Source: Eledone cirrhosa (taxonomy: Eukaryota). From it: a stretch of DNA of 64,000 nucleotides. The notes beneath the pieces were generated by a model that did no database searches, was not told the DNA's origin, and saw only the letters and a program-made list of their open reading frames with translations. Of the stretch, positions 13,230-26,451 are shown piece after piece. The stretch spans positions 18,042,001 to 18,106,000 of the forward strand of contig OZ024743.1 in assembly GCA_964016885.1 (NCBI GenBank). Direction: 5' to 3'. Each line of letters begins with the position of its first letter. Positions within the stretch are counted from its first letter, which is position 1. The position numbers and the translations under genes are program-made.

Positions 13230-13269
<40 letters not shown>

Positions 13270-14171
13270 GGGGGGGGGGCGTATAAATATATATATATAT
13301 ATTTATAATATATATATATGGAGTGTCTAGGGGGAAAGTGTGTGAAGTTATCAACTAACTGATAAATCTATCTAGTCTATTTTCTATCCATATGTCTGCA
13401 CATATGTCTTCCAAGTTTATCATATACCCTTCTATACACACACGCACCCCGCACATGTTAACACATAACACAAGATAAAAGAAACATCATCACTTTTTCA
13501 AAATAACTTACTGCTCAATTTAACATTCAAAATTCACGATTTAAAATTTGACATTCTGACAATTTTATTATTTTCATAAATTTCAAATTTCAGTACTTTT
13601 TCCAGATACTTGATATCTACTTCCCCCTTTTCGTGACACCTTTCAAGCACACCGCAACGTAATATACTGCTATATATATGTGTTTTAATAGACAAACAAT
13701 TTTTATTTTATTCAATAGAATTTTCTATTGAATCTAATGTTGCTAGACCGTTTTAAACTCTCTCCAAATAACTTCAACATATAGAAAAAACTTATTAATT
13801 ACTTTGATAGAGAATAGCCATTTTTTCAGTGGTTCAAAAAACATCCCCAAAAAATTATTTTTCGTACATTGGTCATAATATATCTATGAAAGGTATTTGA
13901 TAATCTTCCAATAAATACAATGTACAGACTTCAGAAATGTGTTATATTTTTATAAGTGAAAGAGCTTCATTGAATGCACATATCCGCCTTTATATATACA
14001 TACCTATGGCCCACCCGACTAGCGCACGGTAAGGGATACCTGCCCAACCACTCCAATGCAAAGATACCACACAACCTCCCGTGTCACATTGTCCTTCCGA
14101 GTCTCTCTCTCTCTCTGAATAACTAACACATTAATTGTATCTCTCTCTGTCTAACGGCCTATCTCTCTCTT

Positions 14172-14371
14172 NNNNNNNNNNNNNNNNNNNNNNNNNNNNN
14201 NNNNNNNNNNNNNNNNNNNNNNNNNNNNNNNNNNNNNNNNNNNNNNNNNNNNNNNNNNNNNNNNNNNNNNNNNNNNNNNNNNNNNNNNNNNNNNNNNNNN
14301 NNNNNNNNNNNNNNNNNNNNNNNNNNNNNNNNNNNNNNNNNNNNNNNNNNNNNNNNNNNNNNNNNNNNNNN
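14172..14371. other. Assembly gap (200 N)
   Basis: Run of N. Confidence 0.99.
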
Positions 14372-14583
14372 CATACATACATAAATACATACATACATAT
14401 AAAGTATAAATATGTGTGTGTGTGTGTGTTTGTGATTGTGTATGTGTGTTTGTGTATGTGTGTATGTGCATGTGTGTGTATGTGCATGTGTGTGTCTGTC
14501 TGTTTTGATGTTATACGGCAATTGGCGAAATCAGGTTTAAAAGTGTGTGTGTGTGCCCGTGCGCGTGTGCGACAGAAAATGTG

Positions 14584-14771
14584 TGTTGGATTGGCAGTAT
14601 CAGTGGACAGTCGGAAGCCATGCTTTCTAGCATAGTTATGTCCCTATACGGTCTGAGTCCAAATCCCGTCGAGGTTAAGTTTGCCTTTCATCCTTACGGA
14701 GTCGATAAAATAAAGTACCAGTAATGCACTGGGAAATTGCTGGCCTTGTGCCAAATGTGGAAACAATTATT
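14584..14771 (+). mobile_element. tRNA-type SINE, near full length
   Basis: Aligns by eye with 58057-58242: tggattggcagtatcagt, gagtccaaatcc, tttcatccttacggagtcgataaaataaagtaccag, ggccttgtgcc, short ATT tail. Confidence 0.8.
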
Positions 14772-14871
14772 CTATTTGTCTTTATTTTCGTTTTGCTACC
14801 ATTATATTATGATATTTGTATCCAAATGATTTTAGATGTATGTATTACCAGCTTGCCCGTCCCTCTGTTTT

Positions 14872-15061
<190 letters not shown>

Positions 15062-15297
15062 GATGGGTGTATGTGTGTAGTTTTCCTTATCTGTCTCTTT
15101 CACTATCTGTGTCTCTAAGAGGGTTGCCTTTTGATGTATGTATTACCTGCTTGTGCGTTGACCGAATTTGAAGGAGGTTATCCTTTTGAAATAAACATAC
15201 ATACGACGCTCCGGAAAGTAAAAGATTGTTGTCATATAGAGAATGAAGAGAGACAGAGAGTAAAGCAGTTACAGTATAGAGAGGGGGACTGATCTAT

Positions 15298-15336
<39 letters not shown>

Positions 15337-15422
15337 GGAGGGAGGAGCCTCGGAGAGAGCAAAGCTCAGAAAATATGGGGAGGTGTGTAGGATACATACA
15401 TACGACGCTCAGCTTTATAATG

Positions 15423-15454
<32 letters not shown>

Positions 15455-16552
15455 GTAATGTGTGTCTGTATATCATTATCTAGGTGTCATTTCGAAATTA
15501 GGAACGAGCGGGTCATCTACAATTAACAAGGTAATCATTGAGGTGATATTTTATGGGTTATGCATGAAAAATTACCATAACATCCCGTCGATTTCTCAGT
15601 GCTTAATTAGGTTTGATATAACAGACAAACAAAAAATATGCGCACTTGTGATTCCATATTCATTAGTTCGATGCACTGTGCTCTAAATCACATAATGGTG
15701 TAGCACTAAGTAACTATCTTTATACGAAGGTGAAATAAATATAATAGCATTAGCAATCATGTAACAGAGGAATGTGTGACGTAATATGTGTTGTGCCTAA
15801 AATGCTTGAAACTACCTATTCAAAGCCGAGACCGATATTTAAAGCAGAACAGCACTCGTGCTAAAATATTGAGGTTGGGTCTCAATTATCAATGGTGCCG
15901 CAAGACACGCGGTATTTACCTTCAGTTCTCCGGTTTCAATAATTCGTTTGAGCTATAACATACAGACAGTCGTTATGAAACATGGTTGATCGCTGAAACG
16001 GTATAACGACTCTAAATATGAAGGAAAGCATGAACGAAGCCTGTTCTTTCTTTCTCTGAAACCACTCATATGCATCACACTTTCGGAAGCAGGTGAGAGC
16101 GCCTGTTACTTTACCAAGTGTTAAGCGTCCATAGGAACGAGGAATATTTTCGCTTATTTAAATAAAACAATTAATTTGCCAAAACCATAGCATGCATTAC
16201 TGCACCGTTTCTTCTAATGTCTACAATATCAGATCCAAAGTTCTATTGAAAATGATATATACATTAAACATAACAATAAAACACATTTCCCTCTTCTGTC
16301 AGAAGGTTAATTAACCGTGCACTTATACAGTAGTTTTAAAGTAGTCCAGTTTTCTCTTTTTTTTAGCAGAGTGCTAAACCAGTTCTGAAATGTAACACCA
16401 GCTTTCCCCATTGCGTCTAATATCCGTTTAGTAGCAACACAATGCTCCTATATTTACGTTAAAGAAAGTAATAGGACATTGCGTTATTTTATCTCTGTTT
16501 TCGGCATTTGTATATTGGACTATATATAGTTATGCATATACATACATACAAG

Positions 16553-16731
<179 letters not shown>

Positions 16732-17869
16732 AAAAATGATAAATTCGAAAATGCAACTGGAGTCTTTGTTTTTAAATATATATATTTATTTGGTTCCTTT
16801 ACCGGTTTCGGAGATCTTCTGCTTTTCAAGAGTAAAATTGAGATGGAGGGTTTGTGGTTTTTCTCACATCTCAAACACGCTAAAGGTACATCCTGTTCCC
16901 TGTAGGTGAAAGAAAGGAAGCAATATAGTTAACAATAAGAAGATTTGATCTTAATGCATGCATGATTTCACAGCTCTAGTGCAACTTACTCATACTCAGC
17001 GTATTAACGTTTCATCCTCTGCCCCTCGTTTGCTATCTATAATAGAATAGCCTTGGAAATAGAGAGTGGAAGATAATTTCCTATAGTTTAAAAGTAGTGA
17101 TAAATATAAATACGTAAAGAAGAAACCTACTGCTGATATGATTGGTCAAGTATATATTCTGGAGAGCGTATATTACGCATTAAAATGGTGACATTTCAAT
17201 CTTTATCTCATTGGATAACCGTTAATGTAATAGTCCTTTTTGTAGCCTAGAAAGCAGTCACCTAAGACAAAGCCAATTCTATATCTAACCGTTATATGTG
17301 CATATACTACTGGCATATTAAGGAAATATGTGCTTGACATTTTTCCTGTTTCATAAACGTGTTCTTACAGCCTTGGTCGGGACAGATAAATGATTCTAGT
17401 TATCCGTCAACATTCGGGTTCTTTCGGTATTGCTAATGAGAGATGGATCGATCGTCAGTGATACTCTTTTGGTCATAAATATGATATGCTGCATCGGTTT
17501 GTGCAATTGATTGTTTCAATTGTTTCAAATCTATGTAATTTTCACCTATTCAATGAACAAAATATTCTCTGAAAGAGTTTGCTCTGTACATCTTGATATT
17601 CATGTTAGCACACACGATTATGTTTGAGATGGCATTCAAGAGAGAGGGATTCATTAAAGTTCTATCACTATAAAGGAAAATGAATATGGCCAACGATATT
17701 CGGAAATGTCGTCCCTTCAACAGATACGCATATGAAGGGGTATTTCAAGAACATATGTACGGAAATGAGAACACCATCCAATGCTCTCTATTCTTCCCTG
17801 TGAAAATATGATTTATTTCTGCCTGTGCTTGAAAATAAATAACTCCACCTCACTATCCATTGATATTAT

Positions 17870-19040
17870 TAATTGTGGCGTACTGAATCATATTTCTATT
17901 CATCTACTTTGTATAGGAATTTTCCAAATGTAGAACAATGTGAATTATTTAAATTAGAATAACTGTCTAATGAAACACCGGTTGAGGGAATTCAAAATGA
18001 TATCTTTCACCTATACAAAACCTGTGATAAATAATTGAGACGGCACATACATTACGAAGAGTAGGGTTTGGAAGGCGACACTTCGCATTAAACTAATTAC
18101 ACTTTCAATGTTCACCAAATCCACATATGCATAAACAAAACACAATATTCACTCGAAGACTTATGAACCATGTCCTGTATTAAAAGTGCAATTCTACAGC
18201 CGCGAGGATGGTTATCGATATATATATTGATCAATAATGATTATCGTGGGAGATAACATTTCATTGAAAGGACTATACATTATGTCTATAGTTATCGTAA
18301 ATAAATGTTTACAGATATATTCCAATAATTACCAGTCCCGTGCATCAACGCGTAGTAACCAAATTAAGAAAGGCGAGAGCAAGAGTGACGTCATTGATAA
18401 CTTCCTTCTAATAACTCTGCTAAACAGAGTTATTCACTCGTCCAAAGTTCATGCATTACTGACGTGTGGAGTTTTAGCGAACTGCTCTTATCGCGTGAAG
18501 GACGAATCCGGCTAACGTGAATATCGTGAGCATCATCTCGCGAACATGGCCAGGTTTGACAGACAGATTTCCTGACAGGAAGCAGTAAGCAAAGAGGCTG
18601 CAGCGTGGACGTGGCTGAATGGAATGAAGACAGACAATATCCACTTCGACCAATCCCTCATATCCTTTTTCAAGGTCCACATATAAATGAATGTGAGTGT
18701 GGTAAGAGAAGTACTACCACCCGTATATTTCTGAAAAGATGTGTCAACGGAACGGGAATGCCTGTTTGGATACACCTGCCTTGAGCGTTTGCCTGCCGAA
18801 TGATTAATATGGAGAGAACAGAGAGTCCATCTTGGGTGCTCTTGAAGAGTAGGATTATTTCGGTTTGGTGATGATCCTGAGTCACCCATGTGTGTTACTC
18901 CTCCTACTGAGAAATGTTTATCTTAATTATTTTATTATTTGTTATTTGTTTCATTTTTTTAATCGATATTTGTAGTTAACCCTCACTGACTGTCTTTGTC
19001 GCTAATATATTGGCTTTTGCGGCCAATAAAGTAAATATTA
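17870..19040 (+). mobile_element. Ancient, heavily decayed Tx1-like copy (ORF2 3' part plus 3' UTR); may extend left to ~17200
   Basis: Collinear patches match Tx1-A: tgcattactgacgtgtggagtt (57364 region), ggacgaatccggcta (57411), caatccctcatatcctttttcaag (57575), and a 3' end ggcttttgcggccaataaa versus ggcccttgtggctaataaa. Confidence 0.7.
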
Positions 19041-19066
19041 ATGCTGATATTATTATTGTTATTGTT

Positions 19067-20251
19067 ATTCCTTGAATCTCAGTCATTGATGTTGGTTAAC
19101 TGGAAAGTCCGTTGGATTGAATATCAAGCCACTACCTGCAGCCTCAGATATTCAGGACGTATCGGAGGGTTCTTGCTGTTCCAAGCAAGCATGCCTTTTG
19201 AAGCGTTCCAAAAACCGTGAAGGGGCCGATTTTCTTTAACCATCCCTGGAAACCTTTGGAGATAGTCCCCAGTGCGCCTATGACAATCGGGATCACTTTG
19301 ACTTCATGGCAGTTCCAAATCCTTTTCACCTCCCACTTTAGGTCCTGGTATCGGTTAATTTTCTCCCTCTCCTTCTCTTGCACTCTCGTGTCGAACGGGC
19401 AGGCCACATCCACAATCAGGCACGATCTTTTTTCTTTGTCCACAACCACCAGGTCAGGTCTATTGTGTTCCAGTTTTTTGTCCGTCTGTATCCTAAAATC
19501 CCACAGCACCTTCACCTGACTGTTCTCCATCACCGCCTCTGGCCTATGCTCATACCATTTCTCAGAATGTGGTAGATTGTTTACTTTGCACAGGTGCCAG
19601 TGGACCACCCTGCCCATCACATCGTGTCTCCAGCCCTTATAGTGTGTCTGGGCTAGGTGTTTACACTCGGACACAATGTGAGCCACAGTCTCCTCTCTCT
19701 CTCCACAGATCCTGCACAGTGGGCTAGCCTCCTCCTTGTAGATATGGTGTTTCAACCACTTCGTTTTGAGGGCCTGCTCCTGCGCAGCCATTAGCATTCC
19801 TTCTGTAGCCTTTTTGAGGTCTCCTCTTCTCAACCAGTTCCATGTCTCTGGATCTCTAAATTCAGTTTTCTCAAAGAAGGTACTATGAAGGGATTTTCCC
19901 TTAAGGCTGCTCTTCCTCCTTGATGTTATTTCCTCCTTGGACATCCCCTGGCCTACTGTCCCCTCCTTCAGTACAGTTCTGAGCATTGGCTCCTTACTAT
20001 AGGTCACGTATTTGTATAGGTTGTTTTTCTCCATCTGAACACAGTCCTCTATGCTGATCAGACCTCTTCCACCCTCAGATCTCCTTAGGTAGAGTCTATC
20101 GACATCACTCCTCTTGTGGAACATGTTGTAGATAGTCAATAGCTTCCTAGTCTTCCTATCCATTTCTTTTTGTTCAGCAACATTCCATCTCAGAATTCCC
20201 GCACTGTACCTAATAATAGACACAGCTCGGGAATTTACTGCGCTTATGGCA

Positions 20252-20252
<1 letters not shown>
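19067..20252 (-). mobile_element. R4/Dong-like RT+RLE retrotransposon family A, 5'-truncated
   Basis: ORF 19144-20223 with CRICGEREETVAHIVSEC (CCHC), RHD, RPDL...IVDVACP and K..RYQDL of a PD-(D/E)xK RLE; flanked by (ATT)n. Confidence 0.93.
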
Positions 20253-20282
<30 letters not shown>

Positions 20283-20292
20283 GTTATTGTTA

Positions 20293-20652
20293 TTCCTTGA
20301 ATCTCAGTCATTGATGTTGGTTAACTGGAAAGTCCGTTGGATTGAATATCAAGCCACTACCTGCAGCCTCAGATATTCAGGACGTATCGGAGTGTTCTTG
20401 CCGTTCCAAGCAAGCATGCCTTTTGAAGCGTTCCAAAAAGCGTGAAGGGGCCGATTTTCTTTAACCATCCCTGGAAACCTTTGGAGATAGTCCCCAGTGC
20501 GCCTATGACAATCGGGATCACTTTGACTTCATGGCAGTTCCAAATCCTTTTCACCTCCCACTTTAGGTCCTGGTATCGGTTAATTTTCTCCCTCTCCTTC
20601 TCTTGCACTCTCGTGTCGAACGGGCAGGCCACATCCACAATCAGGCACGATC

Positions 20653-20659
<7 letters not shown>
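20293..20659 (-). mobile_element. R4/Dong-like family A, short 5'-truncated copy
   Basis: ORF 20369-20638 nearly identical to the C-terminus of the preceding copy; flanked by (ATT)n. Confidence 0.92.
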
Positions 20660-20707
<48 letters not shown>

Positions 20708-20919
20708 GGCGACCTACGTAGAAAATCGTATTACCGTGAGCTCCGCAAAGTGTTGTTGTTTTCAGTTGTTTCAAATTGCCATTTATGGACATTCTTTGTT
20801 GTTAAGTATTTATGAGTTCACATATATTGCTTTCGGAAAAGGACACTCAAAAAGATTGGGGTCTTGAGCCCAAAATTTAAACATTTATAATTATCAAACA
20901 AAATTTCTTTGAAAAAATC

Positions 20920-22860
20920 ATGGACGACTCACAGCCACACCAAGCTCACAGCCTTCCTCAAAAACTAACACCTCACACCAACACCACCATTGTAAATATT
21001 ACTACTTTTGGCAACACTAAAAATATAAGCATTAGCAATAATTTAAATTTGTCTCATGCAGACATTCATTTCCCGCCATTACCAATGACTGCAGGTTTTG
21101 AAGCCGCCACCCCCACCATCACCTCCACAGCGATAACAGAAACAAAAGAAAAAAATAAATTATCTCGTGACATGGAAATGGATTTACCCAGAATGGACTC
21201 TTCCACACCGAAAAGCACTAACGCCACCAACACCACAACTGAAACTAAAGATAAAAATAACAAAAATAACAATAACAACAACAGCACCAACAACAAGGAG
21301 AATAACAAAACCACCGTGTCTTTTGCCAGAGCAGCAAAAAAGTGCGAAGCAATCGAGTTAACTCAGGCAGAATTAGATGAAGCCAAGAGAATGGTAAAGA
21401 AAGATGAGTACAGGGTCAGTCCCCCCACCCCCACCTAATAAAATGGAGCATCGGCGCCTATGCATAGTGTCTTATCGAACGATTAACATAAAATCGCGCC
21501 GCGTGGAACGGGCATTCGAGTCCCAAATCCAAAAAGCTTTGGGACATGTGTGGGCTCAAAAGCCCCACATCAGACGTGGGCAGAAATATGGAACCATGGG
21601 CGTGTTCTTTGGAACACCACAGGAGGCCAGAGAACACTCCATGGTCCCATTAAGAAGTAACGACTCCACATTCGTCCCAAGATATTGTGGCCAGAGACTC
21701 GTGAAGATCAGGGTGACCCACGTACAACCGGCCATCGAAATTCACTGGCTAACGGCTGCCGTCCTCGCCGGCATCGAGGCCAACACCAAGGAGATAATCG
21801 AAATAGCAGAAGAAAAGAGGAGAACTGGTCCGGATCTGGGCTGGAGCTCCTGAACCAAGCGGACCACAAAAGCATTGAGGAGATCACTGTGTTAATAGAC
21901 CTCACTGACGGCAGCCACCTCACCGTAATCGTCGAGGGCAGAAGGCCGAGGTGTGTCGTTTGTGGTGAAGGAACCCACCTAATGGCTTTCTGCTCTCAGG
22001 CTAAAAGGTTCAGGGCACCTCTCTTACCCACCCCAGTGACTCAACCATCAACACCACCAGCAGCAGAAATGGCAGCAACAAATGTAGCAGCAACAACAGA
22101 AGCAACTGGAGCAGCAACAACCCCAGCAACAGTAGCAAAACCAACACCACCACCATCCAACACGCCACAACTAGCACCAGTGCCTACACCATCCACCACG
22201 CCACAACCAAAACCAACGCCTGTGGAGGATTTTCCACTCACCGACCTATCGCAACTGGAAACAGATTGTGACGACGAGGAGTGGAAAACTGTATCAGGAA
22301 AAAAAGAAAAAAGAAAAATAAGCAAAAAAGTAAAAGAAACTCTTCCTTCCCCCTCCAAAAACAAAATACAGTGGGAAACAAATAAACTATCAAGCCTAAA
22401 TTAGGACAGCTATGCCACCCTCCACACCAGCATCACCAACACCATCACCATCATTAACCCTAACACCACCATCACCAACACCACAAAAGTCACCAAAAAG
22501 CGAAACAGAAACCAACCCACAACAAACGCAAACGAAACAAAAGAACCAAAACGATACACACTACACAGCATTAAAGCAACAACCAACTAATACACTAAAT
22601 CCAACATAACACCAGCATCACAGAAAAAAACTACACAACACCCAAAAGTTCACACCAACTCCACACATACAAATGCCTCGCATCACACAGAAAACGTACA
22701 TGACACTAAAACAAAAATTCCCCAAAGACATCGGAGACTTCCGACAAGTACTCTTCAGGAGGTTTTATAAGGACACCCTTCCGGAGGAGGCCACAAGCAG
22801 TGATAAGGATGGCGAAACCATCCGTCTTCTACGAGAAATAAGGTAAGTGGTCTTTCCCAT
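20920..22860 (+). pseudogene. Tx1-B ORF1 (gag-like), frameshifted
   Basis: Pieces 20920-21438, 21404-21853 and 21685-22404; CVVCGEGTHLMAFC = CX2CX4HX4C; homologous to ORF 52323 (RG.KYGT, EGRRPRC). Confidence 0.8.
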
Positions 22861-22880
22861 CTTTTCCACTCCATTTCAAC

Positions 22881-25800
22881 ATGATCTCAGACAGAATAGG
22901 CAGCATAAATGCGCGTGGCTTTAGTCTTCGTGGAAGCAGGGGCACCTGCTCAACGATCTCAGGTCACTAAACATAGATGTAGTGGCCATCAGCGAGACCA
23001 GAATCTCCGAAGCACGAGTCTTCGCACCGATCTTCGGCGGCTACGATGTGTACGCATCTCCCAGCCGTACTGGATCGTGGGGTGGAGTTGCTGTGTTTTT
23101 TCGCTGAGGTTTGTATCTCGCCATACGGGCCATCTTCCTGTACCCAGAAGGTAAGTTGGTGGTGCTGGACGTGACCAGCGGAGACGGGCAAGCTTTCGGC
23201 TAGTGGCCGCCTATGCCCCGACAGGAGCAGGGCGGCCTGATTTCTTCCGGCGTCTGGATACCTTTCTTGGACCGTCCCGCTCTCTAGAGTTAGTGGGCGA
23301 CTGGTACGGGATCTTAGATGAACACTGGGACTGTGTGGGATTAGCGGATATGGGAGGAGGGTGCAATAGCCTCACCAACCTGCTCAGGCATTTTGAACTG
23401 TCTGACTGTTACCGATTGATTTCCCGAATGTGCCAGTGTGGACTTTGACAAATCGCATAGGGTCATCCAGATCATATCTAGATAGAGTATGTTGTAGGGA
23501 AATAGATATGTCTAGCATAGGCTGTCCACAATTCAAAATAGTCAGCTACATGGACCACAAATTCGTGATCTGTGTGCTTGACTTAGATCGGCTTCATAGA
23601 CGAGGACCCGGCTACTGGAAGATAAACGCGACAGTACCAGCGCGCAAGGCCTACATAGACCGGATTGGCGAACTAGTTAAGCGGGCGTTGACGGGGGCCA
23701 TCGTCAACAACAAGTGGTGGTTTGCTCTGAAAAGAGCGATTAGAATAGAGTCCATTAGGTTTAGTAAGGCCTTAGCTAAAGAAAGAATAGAGCAGAGGGA
23801 GAACTAGTTAGACAATTAGACGAGGCGCTTAGCAAAGGCATCGCGACCGACGTACTTGCGGCGAAATAGGTCGTTGACCAATTCTTCAATGCAAAGCACG
23901 AATTCTGCGTTTTCGGAGATAGGATGCGCGCTCTTAGAGACGAGGGAACGAAAGCCGTTCAATGGGCCAGATGGCGGAGGCACGTCTTGGCAATAAACCC
24001 ACGATCCTATTTTTGGTGCATGGTACTCGATCCCGGGAAAATGTGTTCGGGGGCAGCGGCTGGTCGGATTGAGGGATGTACTTTAATGTCTACCTCGACG
24101 GACTGCCGCGGCTCCCGGCCACTGAGGCGGGGTGTTGCGAAAAGCCGATAATCGCCGCTGAAGTACGGGAGACAATGAGTGGCTGCACAAGGGATAAATC
24201 GCCTGGTTTGGATGGTCTGCTCTATGAACTTTACGTACAGATGCCAGACTTGTTCGGAGGCCTCCTGGCGGACATCTACTGCAACTGGCAACAGAACGGT
24301 AGAATTCCAAGCTCTGTGAGCCGAGGAGCGGTGGCGCTGCTGAGAGAGAATCCGAACAAGGGGGATAACATACATAATTTTGGACTCATAACTCTGCTAA
24401 ACACAGAGTTCAAGATTTTGGTCAAGGTGCTAGCAAAGAGGTTGCCGCTGGTCGTTGTTGGTCTGATAGGAGAGGAGCAGACATGCGCCATTCCCGACAG
24501 ATCCATCCACAACAACCACCACCTCATGCGATACATCATAGAGAGGGTAGCTAGGGAACCTGACCCGGGTGGCTCCTTGATCAATTTAGATCAGTCGAAA
24601 GCTTTCGATAGGGTCGACCATCGTTATCTAGCGGCAATCCGGAGGGCGGCTGGCTTTGGGCCCGTCTTCAGAGGCTGGATCGCATGCATGCACATGAGAT
24701 CTGCTCTGTGGTGAGAGTGAACGGTCACTTTCCGGAACCGTTCAACATCATGCGCTCGGTCCGTCAAGGATGTCCCCTCTCGTCCCTCTTATACGTATTG
24801 ACTCTCGAGCAATTACTCCACAAAATGGAGACGTTGTTGTTCCGCGCGAACTAGGATGCAGAAGATCCGTGTCAGCATATGCGGAAGATGTCACCGTAGT
24901 GGTGTCGAACGCCAAACACTTCGAGGCGATCGGCACTACACTAAGAGAATGCAAAGCGGTGATAGGAGCAATGATCCACCAGTAAAGGCCAATGGGCCTG
25001 CAGCTCGGCACCTGGAGAGGCAGGTCCATGCCGTCCAACAGCGTCGTCGGGTGCTGGACGGACGGTCCGGTTAAATTGCTAGGGGTCTGGTTCGGTCCGG
25101 ACGTTCAGACGGACAAAAACTGGGATGAGGTGACGAGCAGGGTGGCTTCTCTCACCCAGAAATGGGCCGAGAGGAAGCTATCCCTGAAAGGTCGAGCGGA
25201 GGTGGCTAAAGCATACATCGCGTCTGTCATCTACTACCGCCAGACCGACTTATATTGCCCTAAGCCCCTCCTGACTGCGCTGGAGCGTTTGCTCTTTTGG
25301 TTTGTGGAAGGCAGTGCTCCGATGGTGCTCTTCTGTCAACACTCGCTACGTGGAGGGCTGGGCATGCCGTGGCTGATGATGCGCAGACACGCGCTCAGGC
25401 TACGACATCTCCACCTCTTCCTCGACGGTGATCAGGTGTGGTCGCCGTTTGCTAGACGCGTCTATCCCCACCTAGTCTCCTTGACGGATCTGCAGTCCTG
25501 GGTCAACCGAAAACCAAGAGGGAGCGATTGGAGACTGGAATGTCTTCAGGTGCTCACAAACCTCGACCAATGGGGCAATGTATCGGTTGAATCTCCACCT
25601 CGGCGTTCTATAGAGGATTAGTGGAGGGGAAGAGCCACGACGTACTTAGGGAAAATCTAGGCATATACGAAAATCAATTAGCCAATCTCTTAGGAAGAAC
25701 TTTCGGGCCGGGTTCTCTGGACAACTTCCAGAAATCCCTGGACTGGCAGTGCTACTGAGGAGATTTGCCAGTTCGGGATAAACTCTACAGGCACGCACTC

Positions 25801-26171
25801 GTCCAGTGTCCGAGCATTGCTGACTTGTGGATTTATGTCGAACACCTGCTGTCGCGTGTGGGACGGATCCGGCTATCAGCTGACTCCATCGGGAGGATTG
25901 CCCCGCCCTCTTCCTTAGCCGGGAAGCGCAAGCAGTTTTTGTCTGTATGGTGGCCATGGCGAAAGAGATATTATGGTGGACACGTTTGAAAGGGCTGAAG
26001 ACGGGCACTTACCTCTTCGTGTATGCCCTGATTAACTTTTTCAAGTTTCATTTGAAAAGGAAAATCGGGGTAGTGAGGGAAGTGCTCTCTTCCCAGCATA
26101 TTGTTGAATGATGAGTGAGAGAAGCAAGAATGCCCCGAGGGAATGGGCCTACTCTGAGTATGTGTCTGTAA
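22881..26171 (+). pseudogene. Tx1-B ORF2 (APE endonuclease + reverse transcriptase), disrupted
   Basis: RIGSINARG, AAYAPTG, GDWYG, SYLDRV, YMDH, KSPGLDGL, LDQSKAFDRVDH, YAED and VKLLGVWF across frameshifted pieces. Confidence 0.88.
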
Positions 26172-26451
26172 ATTAAAGGTGGAAAACTGGGATAGGGCAC
26201 TTGCCCTGGTGCTCAGGGACTATGTGGCTTATAATGTGCTTTCTCCACGAATGTCCCTCGGAAGTCTCCCCCGTATTGGGGAATTTTTCATTGTTATTTT
26301 TTTGTTACATCCTCTGTTTTTGTTTTTTACACGCAGAAATGCCCATGTGTACCGTCCCGTATGGTCATGTACTGTCCTTAATGTCTACTCTATGTAAACC
26401 CTGGTGGTTAATAAAGAAACCATTATTATTATTATTATTATTGTTGTTATT

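Larger units (their letters stand above)
20708..26421 (+). mobile_element. Full-length, degenerate Tx1/L1-clade retrotransposon (family Tx1-B)
   Basis: 5' UTR, ORF1 with zinc knuckle, ORF2 with APE and RT, aataaa at 26410, then (ATT)n; (ATT)n also upstream. Confidence 0.92.

Noticed and set aside
13490-14045. Possible DNA transposon or Helitron-like end
   Set aside because: Only a vague short GC-rich hairpin; no second terminus or second copy in the window.
19217-19575. Recurrent antisense ORFs (MKGPIFF..., MHSRVE...) in many copies
   Set aside because: They recur only because the element is repeated; they are shadows of the sense ORF.
20660-26450. Target-site duplications around the elements
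   Set aside because: Both flanks are the same microsatellite, so TSDs cannot be distinguished.
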